DNA of 64,000 nucleotides from Massalongia carnosa (Eukaryota): contig OZ287068.1 of the NCBI GenBank assembly GCA_965645245.1, positions 3,472,001-3,536,000 on the forward strand. The letters run 5' to 3'. A program made the translations under genes and the position numbers. Shown one piece after another: positions 48,900-61,000 of the stretch. The notes below the pieces were generated by a model that saw only the letters and a list, made by a program, of their open reading frames with translations, searched no databases and was not told the DNA's origin. How positions within the stretch are numbered: position 1 is the first letter of the stretch; each line of letters begins with the position of its first letter.

Positions 48900-51290
48900 A
48901 TATGCTACAAGGCCGGAATAGCTTCAAGGGATTTTGAGTACGTAATTATATAGAGGGCTGAATTATGTGATCATCAACGAAGGAATAAACCTCGATGCTG
49001 ATCCATATTACACATGGGTCTCGAGGCAAAATTCTGCAAAGCAACCGAAGTCTAGAAAAGCCCATCGATTCAAGTTCTTAAAAAGCCGTGCTCAGACTGA
49101 CAAACTTTCCGATGGCGCTCAAACGATATCCGTCACTGCTGAAGTCATGTGGCTTCGAGACTTGCTGCCGAACTTCGCTTCAAATGCTCGAGTTGCGACA
49201 TACAGCTACGAGTCAGATTCTCGAAAAGCAGACATCAAAACAAGTCTCCGCAAATGTGGAGAGCAGTTTCTTAATGTTCTTTATCAGAATCGGTCATGTG
49301 AAAAAGTTAGTAAAGCTATCACGGGAATTCTTCGTTTGTCCTTACTAATAGTCTATATAGCAACGTCGTCGACCATTAGTTTTTATTGGACATAGTCTTA
49401 GAGGTTTAGTTATTAAGCAGGTCGGTCTGGCTTGACTTTAAATTTTTTAATTACTAACGTCCTCTTCATAGGCTCTATATTAGCCAATCATGGTGAATAT
49501 TTTAGAGATATTAAACTGTCCACGACTGGGATTATCTTTCTTGGAACGCTACATCAAGGAAGTGACGTTGCAGTATCCGGTGCATGGCTTGCTCAAGCAG
49601 TAGGACATGATAAGACGTTACTAGATCTTTGAAAACAAACAGCCCTACCCTTCATGATGAAGCGCAGGACTTTGAAACAAGTTACGTCAATGTTGATATC
49701 GTTTGTTTTTATGAAGACAAGAAAGGGTCATATGGTCTTGGCAGACTCAGGTCTGATACTCTCTGTTTTCACGCTCAACTGGGATGAAAGTTTATGACTT
49801 ATAGCTCGTTGATTATCAATCAGCTTCTCTACTTAGCAAAAGGATCATATACCTCACTACGGATCACTCGGGGTTGAACAAATTCAATGGCCCTGAAGAT
49901 GAAAATTTTCTCTTGATAAAGCCAGAGGTTCAGAGAATGATTCAGAATGCGTCTCAAAGAGCGGAGGTGTAACGGTTCGACCATGCGTGGTGCGGACGGC
50001 AGGACCTACAGCGAACATAGCATGAGTCCCAGTTATAGTAGAATAGAGTTTGGTCTGCGGACTAAGTATTGTGCCTTTTGGTCGGGAAGGACAGGTGGCG
50101 CAATGGTAGAAATCTATTCACTTTCTCGCTTCGTCACAGGAGGAACAGTATCACTGTATGATTCAATTTTCTTACTCTAGACTTCACGTTTTTTAAGGCT
50201 TCTCTGACTTTTTGTCAGCACGTGTTGAAATCAGCAAAAAAAAACCGTTCCACGTTGAATTCAGTCTTCAGGGCATTCTTGTGATGAATCATTATGTAGC
50301 CCGAGACGCAGAGATGACTCGATTGACTCAGATTTTACTTCCCACCACCACAGATTCAATGCGTCGTAAAGTATTCATCCTCCATGGACTTGGCGGGATT
50401 GGAATGACTCAGCTCTCCGTTGAATTCGCTCGACAGCATCACAAGAACTATACCGCAGTCTTCTGGGTCGACGGCTCGACTAAGGAGAGACTAAAGCGAA
50501 GCATTGCTGACCTTGCCGGTCGACTACCTCAGCATCAGATATCTGAAAATAGCAGAAATTATTCACAGGAGAAAAGCACGAAGAAGAACACGGATGTGAA
50601 TGAAATCGTTAAAGATGTGCTTAATTGGTTATCACAGTCATCAAATGATCAATGGCTGCTAATTTTTAACAACGTGGATCAAGAGTTTTCCGTGTCAATT
50701 GGAGATCCGGAAGCCTTCAATGTTCAAGATTTTTTCCCAACGGCAGATCAAGGATCTATCCTTATCACTTCTCGACTGGCCAGTTTATGGCATTTGGGTA
50801 CGGATATGAAAGTGAAACCGATCAATCAATTGCAAGGAGAAAGTATTCTTAGAATTGTCTCGGGCATTATATGCACGGTCAGTGCAATGAGAAGCATACT
50901 TGCCAGGCGTTATCTGACACCTGAGACTTATTAGGTTTCTTCGAGATTGTCAATCTACTTCATGGCCTTCCTCTAGCGATTAATCAAGCCGGCTCATACA
51001 TGCGGAAAACAGGCACAAACGTGTCTGAGTATATTAAATCATATAATCACACATGGGCAAAATTAATGAAAAAGCAGAATCGCTCCACAATTCAAGCATG
51101 TACATATCGTAGTGTTTTGACAACATGGATGTTATCTTTCAATTATCTTCAGCAAATTAAGAACGCAGCGAACATTTTAATGTTGTGGGCGTTTCTCGAC
51201 AATCAAGAACTCTGGTACGAGCTCTTTGCGTCTGCGCTAGATCATGATATTGTCGACATGATGCCTGATTGGTATATCAGATGTGCAGAT
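48900..51290 (+). pseudogene. NLR-like pseudogene: SesB-like alpha/beta hydrolase + NB-ARC, truncated at a LINE
   Basis: WLRDLLP..ARVATYSY, FIGHSLRGL, GIIFLGTLHQGS, LHGLGGIGMTQL (P-loop K replaced by M), WLLIFNNVD, GSILITSR, GLPLAINQAG. Start coordinate approximate. Confidence 0.85.
49968..50138. mobile_element. 171-bp solo LTR inside the SesB-NB-ARC gene
   Basis: TGTAAC...GTCACA termini with TSD GGAGG at 49963-49967 and 50139-50143. Confidence 0.85.
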
Positions 51291-51647
51291 TGATTGATTG
51301 ATTGATTCATACACCGATCCAAGGGCCGAAGGCCCTTATGCGGGAGTGCTAAACTACATCGGGGGGTGTCCCAGGGGATGGGTATCTAAGTCTGCTGAGG
51401 GCAGAATTGCTGCACTAAGCGCTGAAAGTACAAAAAATACAAAAACTCTTTTAGCTGTACAAGGGGTTGCGAATGCAAGGAAGAGGGAAAAGAAGACACG
51501 AACAGAGGGACACACCGCTTGAGACAAATCGATAAATAGAACTCCAACGCCACCGTCCTGGGCCCCTGTGCTTGGTGTTGATACATGCAAGCCCTACCAT
51601 AGTAGAGACTATTCTGTGAGCGGGATAAAACAAGAGCCGGCCTGCCG

Positions 51648-54600
51648 TTAACTCGTGGATTGTTCGGTTGCTATCCTCACGTCTCCAAATTGGCCGAGGA
51701 GACGTGAGGATAGCATGAATCTAGATGCTGCCTTGGCCAGTCTGGGGGTGCTAAAAATTTCTTGGAGATCGAACACCTTCCGGCCTATCCAGATAGTCTC
51801 CATGCGCAATCGATGGTGCCTGACGCACTCCAGAAGCACATGGTGAACTATTTGATAACCGAAGCCGCATGGACATTCGCCCGTTTCGGTGCGGCCTATA
51901 TCTGAGAGATACTTGCGTAAACCAATCTTACCTGTTCTCATCTGCACCAGGATGGAACTCATTGACTTTTGAAACCTCTGGTAGAGCTGCAAGACCTTGT
52001 TAGTGTGCTGGGGGAGGAGCTTTTTCGTCATCTGTCCGCGTTTTTCTGCCTCCCAATCCCCAGCCCATTATTTGCTGATCATTGTCCTCATGTTGCGTTT
52101 TATCGCCGACTTCACTGTGTGTCCGAGGAAGTCGAAGTGGGTGATGGAGGGACTCTGGCCAGGTTCTAACCAGCCTGATGCTTCTTTTGCTGCTTGGTCT
52201 GCTATCTCGTTGCCTTCTACTCCCATATGCCCAGGTATCCAGCAGAGTCTGACTCTGGCCTGCATCTCCCGGCATGCGTGGAGTTTTCCAATGATCTCGC
52301 GTAGTATGAACTGACCTGATTGAGTTCCGGGGTCGACTACTGATTTGATGGCTGATTGATTATCTGCAAAAACCGTTATTATCTCCCCTTGCCATCGTGC
52401 AATAGCCGCCGCCAGTCCCAGGTCGATGCCCACTAGTTCCGCGAGGTAAACTGTGGCTTCTTTGTTCGTTCCAAGGCGGGTTCCTACCCGTGTGTTGTCG
52501 CTGGGGATGACCGCTGCCGCACCAACTCCGAAGGGGTTATCACTCCCATCCGTGTATATGACTATTTGGTTCGGCTCTGATGTCATCTTATCATGCTCTT
52601 GATTGCTTCCTCTTTACCGGAAGCAATGTGCGTTTCGGGGGGAGACCACCATGGTTCCACTATGAATGGAAGAATGACCTCTAACCGCCAGGGTTGAGGG
52701 CATTTCCCCAAAGTCATTAAGCGGGACTCTAGCTTAGCTAGAGGGCTCCAGTATCGATAGTGGGAGTCCGCTTGGCTTGTCCAGGCGCGGATCTCACGTA
52801 TTATGGCGTAAAGGGGGCTTGAACGTATGCGCAGTAGTGACTCGTTCACTGGCTGCTCCATGCGTTGCCGGCCAGGCAGGAGGTGAAGTTCCATATCCAA
52901 GGCCGGGCCCGAGGTTGTTCTAAATACCCCTGAAATGATCAGTGCCGCCCGTCGCTGAATAGATCTGACGGCTTTGAGCACGGCGGTTGCTTGCGTGATA
53001 GTCCCGTATCCGCCCTCGGGAACATACCATGCAGAGCATCCAAAGGTGAGTTGCGGTAGTATGGTGGCTTGATAGATCCTTCGAAGGCTCGCAAGATTGG
53101 TGCCCCATGTGGAGCCCGCAAGGCTGCCTAGGGCCCCCAGTCTCTTTGAGGTTTTGGCTTCCAGTTTCCTTAAAGAGGCGTGCCATTTGAGCTTGTCGTC
53201 GAATGTGGCGCCCAGGTAGGTGGCGGTATGCTGTGGCTTGATGGTTTTGCCCGCTAGGGAGATAGCTCTCTCCGGGGGGTTCAAATCCCTCTCTGAGGGT
53301 CCTTTGATAAAGTGCAAGAGCTGGAATTTGGCCGGGGCAAATTTGGAGGCGTATGTGTCCGCCCATTTCTGCTCCCTCGTCATGAACGATGCTTCGAGAT
53401 TTCTACAGTTCTGTTCTGCTGAAGTTCCAATAATTAATTTGGATATGTCATCGACATAGCCCAAGTTCATCTTTTTGGGCCCTTCCTCTTCCATAAGGTC
53501 GGCGTTGTAGAAGAGATAAAGAACAGGAGATATAGGGGATCCCTGAGGGACTCGAAAGTTCGTGGTGAATGGTTGCGAGGTGTATTCGGGCATGGCGATG
53601 GTCGTTTTCCTTTCCTGAAGGAAGCTTTCGATCCATTTAGCTATGTTACCGCCTATTCTTCTCTTCCGTAGGTTATGCAGTAGTCTTTCGTGGGATACGT
53701 TATCGTAAGCACCCGAGATGTCCAGCATGAGCACTGTGGCCACTTCGTTGTTAAGCCAGGCTGCGTGGATGGCCTCTAGGAGCAGATGGAGGGCGTGTTC
53801 GGGTGATCTAGCTCGCCTGCCGCCTATATGGAGTCTGGGGAGTAGGCTCTCGGTCTCCACCGCGTGATTGATTCTGGTTGCAATGATCTTCTCCATAGTC
53901 TTACCTAAAGTGTTGAGCAAGGCTATGGGTCTGTATGAATTCGGCAAACTGTAGTCGGCCTTAGCTGGTTTACTGAGAACCACCGTGGTGGATTCTCTAA
54001 AAGCATTGGGGTGATGACCCAGTTCCCAGCTGGCGTTATACAGAGCTACAAGTGTGGGCATGATGAGCGGTGACACATCTCTGAGGATTCTATTAGGCAG
54101 TCCGTCGGGGCCTGGGGCCGAGAGTGGTGCTGCCTTTGTGATGGCTTTAGTTATTTCCCGAGCTGAGATGGGAGCAAATTGGATTGGCTCTGGATAGTGA
54201 TAATCGGTGATGTCTTCAAGATTGGTGGCGTCCGGGATAGGAAAAAACTGTCTGCGAAGCAGTTCAGCCTTGCCTGAGGCCTCCGTCACTTTGGAGCCAT
54301 CGCTTTTCATTAGGGTTGGGGTGAAGGCTTGGAATGGGGTCGACATGTTCTTAGCCCATTTCGCAAGCTTCCAGAGACCATCTGGAGTGCTGGTGGCCTC
54401 CTCTACCATGTGCCTATGTGTTTTCTTGAGAGCTTTTTGTACGATTTTGTTTTTGCTGTTTCTCGCCTCTCGGTAGGCTTCCCAGTCTTCCAGAGAGCGC
54501 GTTTCCTTATGCTTGCGCCTGAGACGTCTGCATAGGGTGACTGCCTCTTTGCATTCCGGGGTAAAGCCAGGTTTTGAATGATTGCACCCTCTAGAAAGTG

Positions 54601-55498
54601 GGACTGCTGTCTCCTCTGCGTGCTGGATAGCTTCAACTAACTCATGGGCCAAGTTGTCGAGTTCTTGAACTGTGCTCACGCTCCTAGGTGCCGGGAGCTT
54701 GTCTGTCATCGTGTTTAGTAGCTTTTTCCCATCAGTCTTAGACCACATACGAGAGGACCTTATGGCCCTCTTAACTGTGGTGATATCGAATGCTGTGCCA
54801 ATGGGTTAGTGATCTGAGTCACTATCCAACTCTCTTCTCACATCGCACATGAGTACGGCTGAAGCCACTGCGGGGGTTGCGAACGTTAAGTCTATCGTCC
54901 TCTATGCTAATCTATGATCGTATGTTATGGTGCCAGGGGGGAGCAGAAGTTCTAGCTCGCTTTGATCGAGAATCTCCAGTAGTTGTTTGCCTCCGGATGT
55001 TGATGATGGTAGTCTTCGCCAGTCCATAGGGGATGGTGAAGATTGAAGTCCCCTACCACTATGTGTTCTCTCCCCACCTCTAGCGCCTTATTAGGTCTGA
55101 CAAGGTGCTGTAGTTTCCCTGAGAGGGGGAGGGATTGTAGATGTTATGGATATTGATGACTCGCTGGGTTCGCCAGGAAATTCCAAGTGCAAAGTCATCA
55201 GATCGGGAGAGTGGAAGGTTACCTTCCAAGAGGCGCTTGCTATGTCTTTGTTGACGAACATGCATACTCTCGGAGGGAGCTCTTGTTCTCCTGTTTCGGG
55301 GGGATAGAGAAGGTGAAAAACATTTTTGACCGGATTGTGCGTGGTGTGTTGATAGGGGTTCCCCGCCCAGGGTTCCTGGATGGCCAGGATGCCGTATTTC
55401 ATGGTTTCCTCCCTGCGAAGGAAGTCCGCCATGACAGTGTTCTTGGATTTGTTGCAGTTGTACTGAAGTATGGACAGATAGTGGGTGTATTCACTCAT
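51648..55498 (-). pseudogene. LINE ORF2 (APE endonuclease, RT, RNase H, C-terminal knuckle), frameshifted
   Basis: ILQYNCNKS, AIQEPW, SDH, YRPIALLNTLGK, VPQGSPISP, YVDD, IYTDGS, WIPGHMGVEGNEIAD, CPCG..IVHHVLLEC. Confidence 0.92.
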
Positions 55499-57183
55499 AG
55501 TTCCTCTTCTGTCTGAGTACTGGGCTGCAAGCGACGGGTTGCCGATCTGGTGGTCATTGAAGAACTATCGTCGTTCTCCTTATCGCTCAAGACCTCCACA
55601 GCCTTCGAGGAGGGTTTCTTCTTTCCCTTCTTAGAAGCTGCTTGTGCCATGCTCCTGTTGGTAGAGCTGGGGTTGTCTGCCAGGGTCTCTACCTCCCCAT
55701 CCGCCCGCTTCTTCCGCTTGCGGAGAGTTGGCACGGTTTGCCAATCTTTCTCTCGTATAGAGCCCGTTCGAGGGCCCTGTTCCACCTGGGTTGAGGCTGG
55801 GGTCACCTCACTGCTTGTCGTGACCGTCGGCGTGGTCGATGCCAGCGGACTGCTCCGTTCTTGTTCCTGACCATTTAGGGTCTCCCTTGAGGAGGCCCTG
55901 AGAGGCCAGAAGGGTAGAGCTTCTTCTTTGGCCCGCTTCATTCGGGCCTTTTCCTTCTTTCGCTCCGGGCAAGACTCTGCGCTTGCCCCGTGGCCCTCCT
56001 TGCCACAAGCATTGCATTTGAGAGTGACCGATTTGCAATCGGTCATGTAGTGACTTTCGGAACATTTGAAGCATGTTTGATGCTTCTGTCGGCAAGCATG
56101 GCTCGTGTGACCATACTTACCGCACCGGAAACATTGCCTAAGCCTGGCCTCCGGAACATGTCTTTCCACCGCGAAAGATCTCCCATCCAAATATAGCTGC
56201 GAGGCCAAAATGGCGTTGCAGTCTAATTCGTTCTCAAAGTATACCACCATGGATCTAGTTGTGGCTCCTACCTTACTCGTGCGGGACAACCATTCTACTC
56301 CTGTTACCTTATTCCTAACGGGCATATGTGACTTATTTTCCTCCCAGAGGCGTTCCTTGATATCTGTCATGCTTAGATTAGCCGGTACAAAGTGCGCGAT
56401 TAAGCCGAAGCTTGGCTGTATTATAGTAGCTTTGCTCGATAGCCTGATGGCCCATCGGGTGTCTTTTCTTAGGCGTTCCGTGTCTGAGGCGTTGTTGGCT
56501 ATTACCTGTAGGTCTCCGCTAGGGAGGACCCTTGCTGCTATTGCTACGGCTGCTGCCGTGGCTGTGCCATTGGAAATAGGGGGGGCGGGAGCGTTTTGAT
56601 TGGTCGGAATTCTCGTGTTGTTATGATCCTTTAACGCGTTAGATATTGCCGCGTTGATTCTGTCTTTGAGCGCTGAGGAGGCCAGTTTGGCCAGATCCTT
56701 TGCTATGGCTTCGTTGTTCAGTTTGACGACGATTTCACGAGCTTTCTCTTCTAGTATAGGAGCGGGGATGGACGTCCCCGAAAGCGTAGAGATCGTTGGG
56801 GCCGAGGCAGCAAAGGCTGCCCGTTCTGCCCAGGTCATCGTCCTCTTGTAGCCAGTAGTGGCTGCGGAGGAGGTAGTGGGTGTTGTGCGGGCGGTGTCTT
56901 GCTTGCGCTCGACATAGGTGACTTTAGTGAGCGTTTGCTCTGTAGTGTTCTTTATTTGGTTGATGGTAGCTTGGAGCTGATCCATCGTGGGCTGGTTGCG
57001 CATCTTCTCCAGTAGGCTGAGCATACTAGAGAGTAACAGGGTGTAAGACTGAACCTTCATAGGTCTTTGCTTCTGATATGCCTCGCAGTTAGTTAAGTTA
57101 ATAAGCACATTGGTGAGGAAGTGACCTAGTGAATCGGGGGGGGCGGCGTTGGGCACGACAAAAGAGCTCCCCATGGTTGCCAC
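55495..57183 (-). CDS. LINE ORF1 (gag-like, three Cys/His knuckles)
   Basis: CFRCGKYGHTSHAC, CFKCSESHYMTDC, CNACGKEGHGASAESC. Its stop overlaps the ORF2 start (ATGA). Confidence 0.9.
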   Translation of the reverse strand: MATMGSSFVVPNAAPPDSLGHFLTNVLINLTNCEAYQKQRPMKVQSYTLLLSSMLSLLEKMRNQPTMDQLQATINQIKNTTEQTLTKVTYVERKQDTARTTPTTSSAATTGYKRTMTWAERAAFAASAPTISTLSGTSIPAPILEEKAREIVVKLNNEAIAKDLAKLASSALKDRINAAISNALKDHNNTRIPTNQNAPAPPISNGTATAAAVAIAARVLPSGDLQVIANNASDTERLRKDTRWAIRLSSKATIIQPSFGLIAHFVPANLSMTDIKERLWEENKSHMPVRNKVTGVEWLSRTSKVGATTRSMVVYFENELDCNAILASQLYLDGRSFAVERHVPEARLRQCFRCGKYGHTSHACRQKHQTCFKCSESHYMTDCKSVTLKCNACGKEGHGASAESCPERKKEKARMKRAKEEALPFWPLRASSRETLNGQEQERSSPLASTTPTVTTSSEVTPASTQVEQGPRTGSIREKDWQTVPTLRKRKKRADGEVETLADNPSSTNRSMAQAASKKGKKKPSSKAVEVLSDKENDDSSSMTTRSATRRLQPSTQTEEEL

Positions 57184-57407
57184 AATGCAGCCACAACAGA
57201 AGGGACAATATAACTTTCGGCCAAGATAGCTACAGAGTCGGGGAGCAATTCTACGTGATCACAATGACTATTGGGGGCTTGTATGGGTAACGAATGCAAT
57301 TTCTAGTGTTAGCTAAAAAGTGCGAAAGTTTTGAGGATGGATTTACCATGTTTAATCATGTATCCATGCCCGCTAGGTCGGCTAAGCGAGGCCAACCGAG
57401 CGAAAGT

Positions 57408-57517
57408 GTGGGGGCACGGATAAGGTAAAATAATCGTGCCGAGTCAGGGTCTAGACTCGGTTGGGGTTTAGTGTTTTGGCACGATTACTAATAATTTATT
57501 ACCTCCGTGCCTCCGTA
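57408..57517. mobile_element. Possible ~110-bp MITE with imperfect inverted repeats
   Basis: GGCACGGA..GGTAA..TAATCGTGCC mirrored by GGCACGATTA..TTACC.TCCGTGCC; right end CCTCCGTA. Confidence 0.4.
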
Positions 57518-58069
57518 CCTCCGTTACTTTAAAGCAGTCGACACTAACCCAAATCTCGAAGTAACTATCAGCGACTTTCAAGTGCTTGCGAGAGAAGGGC
57601 TAGCGAAAGACTAATGTGACAACCATTCTCAAAGCTACGTGTTCCTTTACATGCTAAATTTGGCAGGATCCTTTCATTTTCAAGAATAGGAAATATAATT
57701 AACCCACAATCGATCTGTGGAAAGTTTAGCCAAAACATTACCCTTACTTCAGATGATAAGAGTTTGCTATCATCAATTTGCTGCCTTCCCAAGAAGCCGG
57801 TGTAGAAGCTTGTCTATCTCCTCCTCGTGCTCCATCGCAATATTGGGCCGAGTTTGGGGAATATACTTCCAGTTCATCAAGACTTCGAAGTTTCCGTAAT
57901 CATAAGTCGATTGATTGACTTCCCAGACTATGTTGTCTGCCTTACCGAAGCATATCAGCTGAACTTGCGCCACGTTATCATATATCAAACTCAAGTCAAC
58001 GCTTTCTTTCTCACTTGGTGCTTTTGACAACTAGTTATCCCCAGTAAGTTTGTACGACCGGCAATACAT

Positions 58070-61000
58070 ATGACATCAACACAGGTCGCACGGCCGACCA
58101 CGTAAGTACACCTAACCCTCGTTTGCGACAAGGCTCTGCTGACTTTGCGCCTTTGCTGAAGAAATGACCTTTGGGCAAGTGCGAAGGCTGAGATGAGTAA
58201 GGAAGACCAAAAAAACATAGACTTTGACCGCTCCGACAAGCTTGATATCTTGTCTGATCTACACCAAGTTACCGATAAGGCAAGGCAAGAGTGTATCAAG
58301 AGAAAATGGCGATACACGAGAACGAGTGGAGAGACGGTCATCTTCGTGGACCTATTTGGCAAGATCTTCAAGTGGATTAATCTTTTTAAGCAATTCGGGG
58401 ACATGGCTGTTCAGTATGATCCGGTTCATGCTGCGCTTCCATGGGCTGGTATTCGATTTCTCCTGCAGGTTTGTGATGTTGAAAATAGCGAAAGATATTA
58501 CTAAAACCTCTATAGATTGCCGTCAATGATTCCGATAAATTTGATTTCGTGGTCGAAAGTGCGGCTTCGATTGGGGAAATCATTTGTCGATATGCTGTAT
58601 TCGAGGACGTCTACCTACAGTACCCATCCACTACTGCTAATGAACTTCGGAGAGCTCTAGTTAGATTTTATGCAGCGATTATGATCTATTTATCGAAGGT
58701 TAAGAGCTACTTTGAACAGAACTCTGCAGGTTAGTTTGGCATTTCAATAACAGAATATATATTGATGACATTTACAGTGCGTATATTGAAGAGCGGACTT
58801 CTGGGAAAGTCAGACATTGAGTCATTCTTTGATGCCATTGCTACCGCCCAAAAGACCGTTGATCGTTGTTCCTGTGTGGTTGGAATGCAAGGTAAGCTTG
58901 CTCGATAGGACTTATACTTTCTGAATTCTTTACTAATGAACCTAGAACAAATAAATCAACGCTTGGACTTGAAAAGACTTCTCGAGTGTATCGATGGCCC
59001 AATAGAACGAATGAGTGCGGATTTAGTAAACATTAAAGATGATTTTGAGTGTAAGTTGTTAAAATCAACATCAGAGCCTCAACTCATGAGCCTTAGCATC
59101 AAAGAGAAATAAGATTCTAGACTGGATGTCCCCCGAACCATATAGACAACATCATAATCAGACCAAGGAAGAAGTGTTACAGGGTACTGGACAATGGCTG
59201 CTTTCGAATCCAGTTTTCAAAACGTGGAAGAAAGAAAGTGTATCTTCTATCTTGTGGCTTCATGGGATTCCAGGTTCTGGGAAGAGCAAGCTGGTGTGAG
59301 TACTGTACAGCTATTTCGGAAAGATAAATGCTTACGGTTAACATAGATCTATTGTGATTGAAGATGCCAAAAAAGCCTTCGATAATGGCCAAAGCCCAGC
59401 TCCAGTCTTTTTCTACTGTTCACGAAACACCGCTGAACCTGCGCGTTCAAACCCTGATGCAATCGTAGCGACTATCGCACGGCAATTGTCTAGCCTTCAA
59501 CCGGGACACCCTCTACTCCCTCCAACGGTGGCAGCCTACAAGAAACGAGATATGGAGGGATCCGCCTCGGAATCATTAGGTATAAATGAGAGTCGTCTAC
59601 TAATCCTCCAGCTTGTCGAGCATTATCAATTAACAACCATTGTGATCGATGCGCTTGACGAGTGCGACCCAGAGAAACGGACAGTTCTTTTGGAAACCTT
59701 ACAATCAATTCTTCAAGATTCCTCAAGCTTGGTGAAGATCTTTGTGTCGAGTCGAGATGATCAAGATATTGTTTTGTCTTTACGAGACTACCCTAATCTT
59801 GAGCTCTCATCTGAAATCAACAAGGATGATATCTCGTCGTTTATTACCGCTGAGACCGACAACCTTATCAAGAGGAAGAGGCTACTAGCTTTAAGCACCA
59901 ACAAGGAGAAGTTGAAGATCGAGATTATTGAACAGGTCACAAAAAACGCTGATGGGATGTCAGTACTGTCCAGCAATGCGAGCCATGTTTATGCCCCACT
60001 AATGTGATCACCAGGTTCCGGTGGGCTAGCCTCCAACTGCAAAGCTTATGCAGCGCGCGGACTGATGAAGCTATTCGGGAAAGGTTCGGGCAACTGCCAC
60101 CAAAGCTGGAAGACCTTTATCTTGAGCTATACGAGAAGTTGACCAAAACCTCAGCAAACGCCGATCGCGAAGTGACTATCAACGCTTTCAGCTGGCTCCT
60201 CTGCGCCCAGAGAAAGCTGACATCTAGAGAATTTCTCGCGGCAATGTCAACGACCCCACGGCGACAGTTCAGCCAGCTGACGAAAGAGCATATTTTGGAG
60301 ATGTGCTCTAACATGGTTGTTTTCGATTCAACACTCGATACGTTTCGATTTGCCCATCTGTCGGTGAGAGAATTTTTGGAGAAGCGGCCAGAATATACTA
60401 GAGAAGCGACAAACGCCCTGGCTGCTGAGACATGTCTCTTAGACGTACTAAGTGCTGCCAACAACCCAGCAACAAAAAGACTTCTTTCTAAATACGGACA
60501 AGATTCATTAAACTCAACTCTTTCACATGACCTTAGACACTACTCGAATGTCTACTGGGCTCCGCATTGTCAGCTAGCTGCTAAACAAAGGACTGCTGAT
60601 GTGCTTAACGACCTCCTTTGTCATTTTCTCTCCAACGAATCGGACTCAGGATCCGCTGTTGCTGTATGGGCTAGCCTGATTAAAGAATGGCTTGACGATT
60701 ACTCGATTAAATGGGAACTAAGGCATAAGTTTGAAGATACTAGCGCTAAAGATGGCAGAGCTCTCTTTGTTGCCTCCTGCTTTGATTTGCAGGAAATTGC
60801 TGGAATCTGGGCAAATTTCGGAGACAACATAGTGAACACTCAGGGTCGGACACCTTTGGAAATTGCTCTTAAATATGGTAGTTGTGATGTAGTTTCGATC
60901 TTGCTGAAAAATAAGCTTACTATAATATCAGAAGAGGTGGTGAAGGCAGCGGCGAGAAATTTCAGGGATGGGAAAGAGGTGATGACGCTCTTGCTTGAGC

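Larger units (their letters stand above)
51288..57325 (-). mobile_element. Near full-length Tad1-like LINE with RNase H and (AATC)n tail; 5' end approximate
   Basis: ORF1, ORF2, 3' UTR and GATT x5 on the plus strand at 51288-51307. Confidence 0.92.

Noticed and set aside
57773..58030. Short minus-strand ORF next to the third NLR as an amyloid-signalling or effector partner
   Set aside because: No recognisable HET-s, sigma or PP motif; at most a degenerate ankyrin-like fragment.
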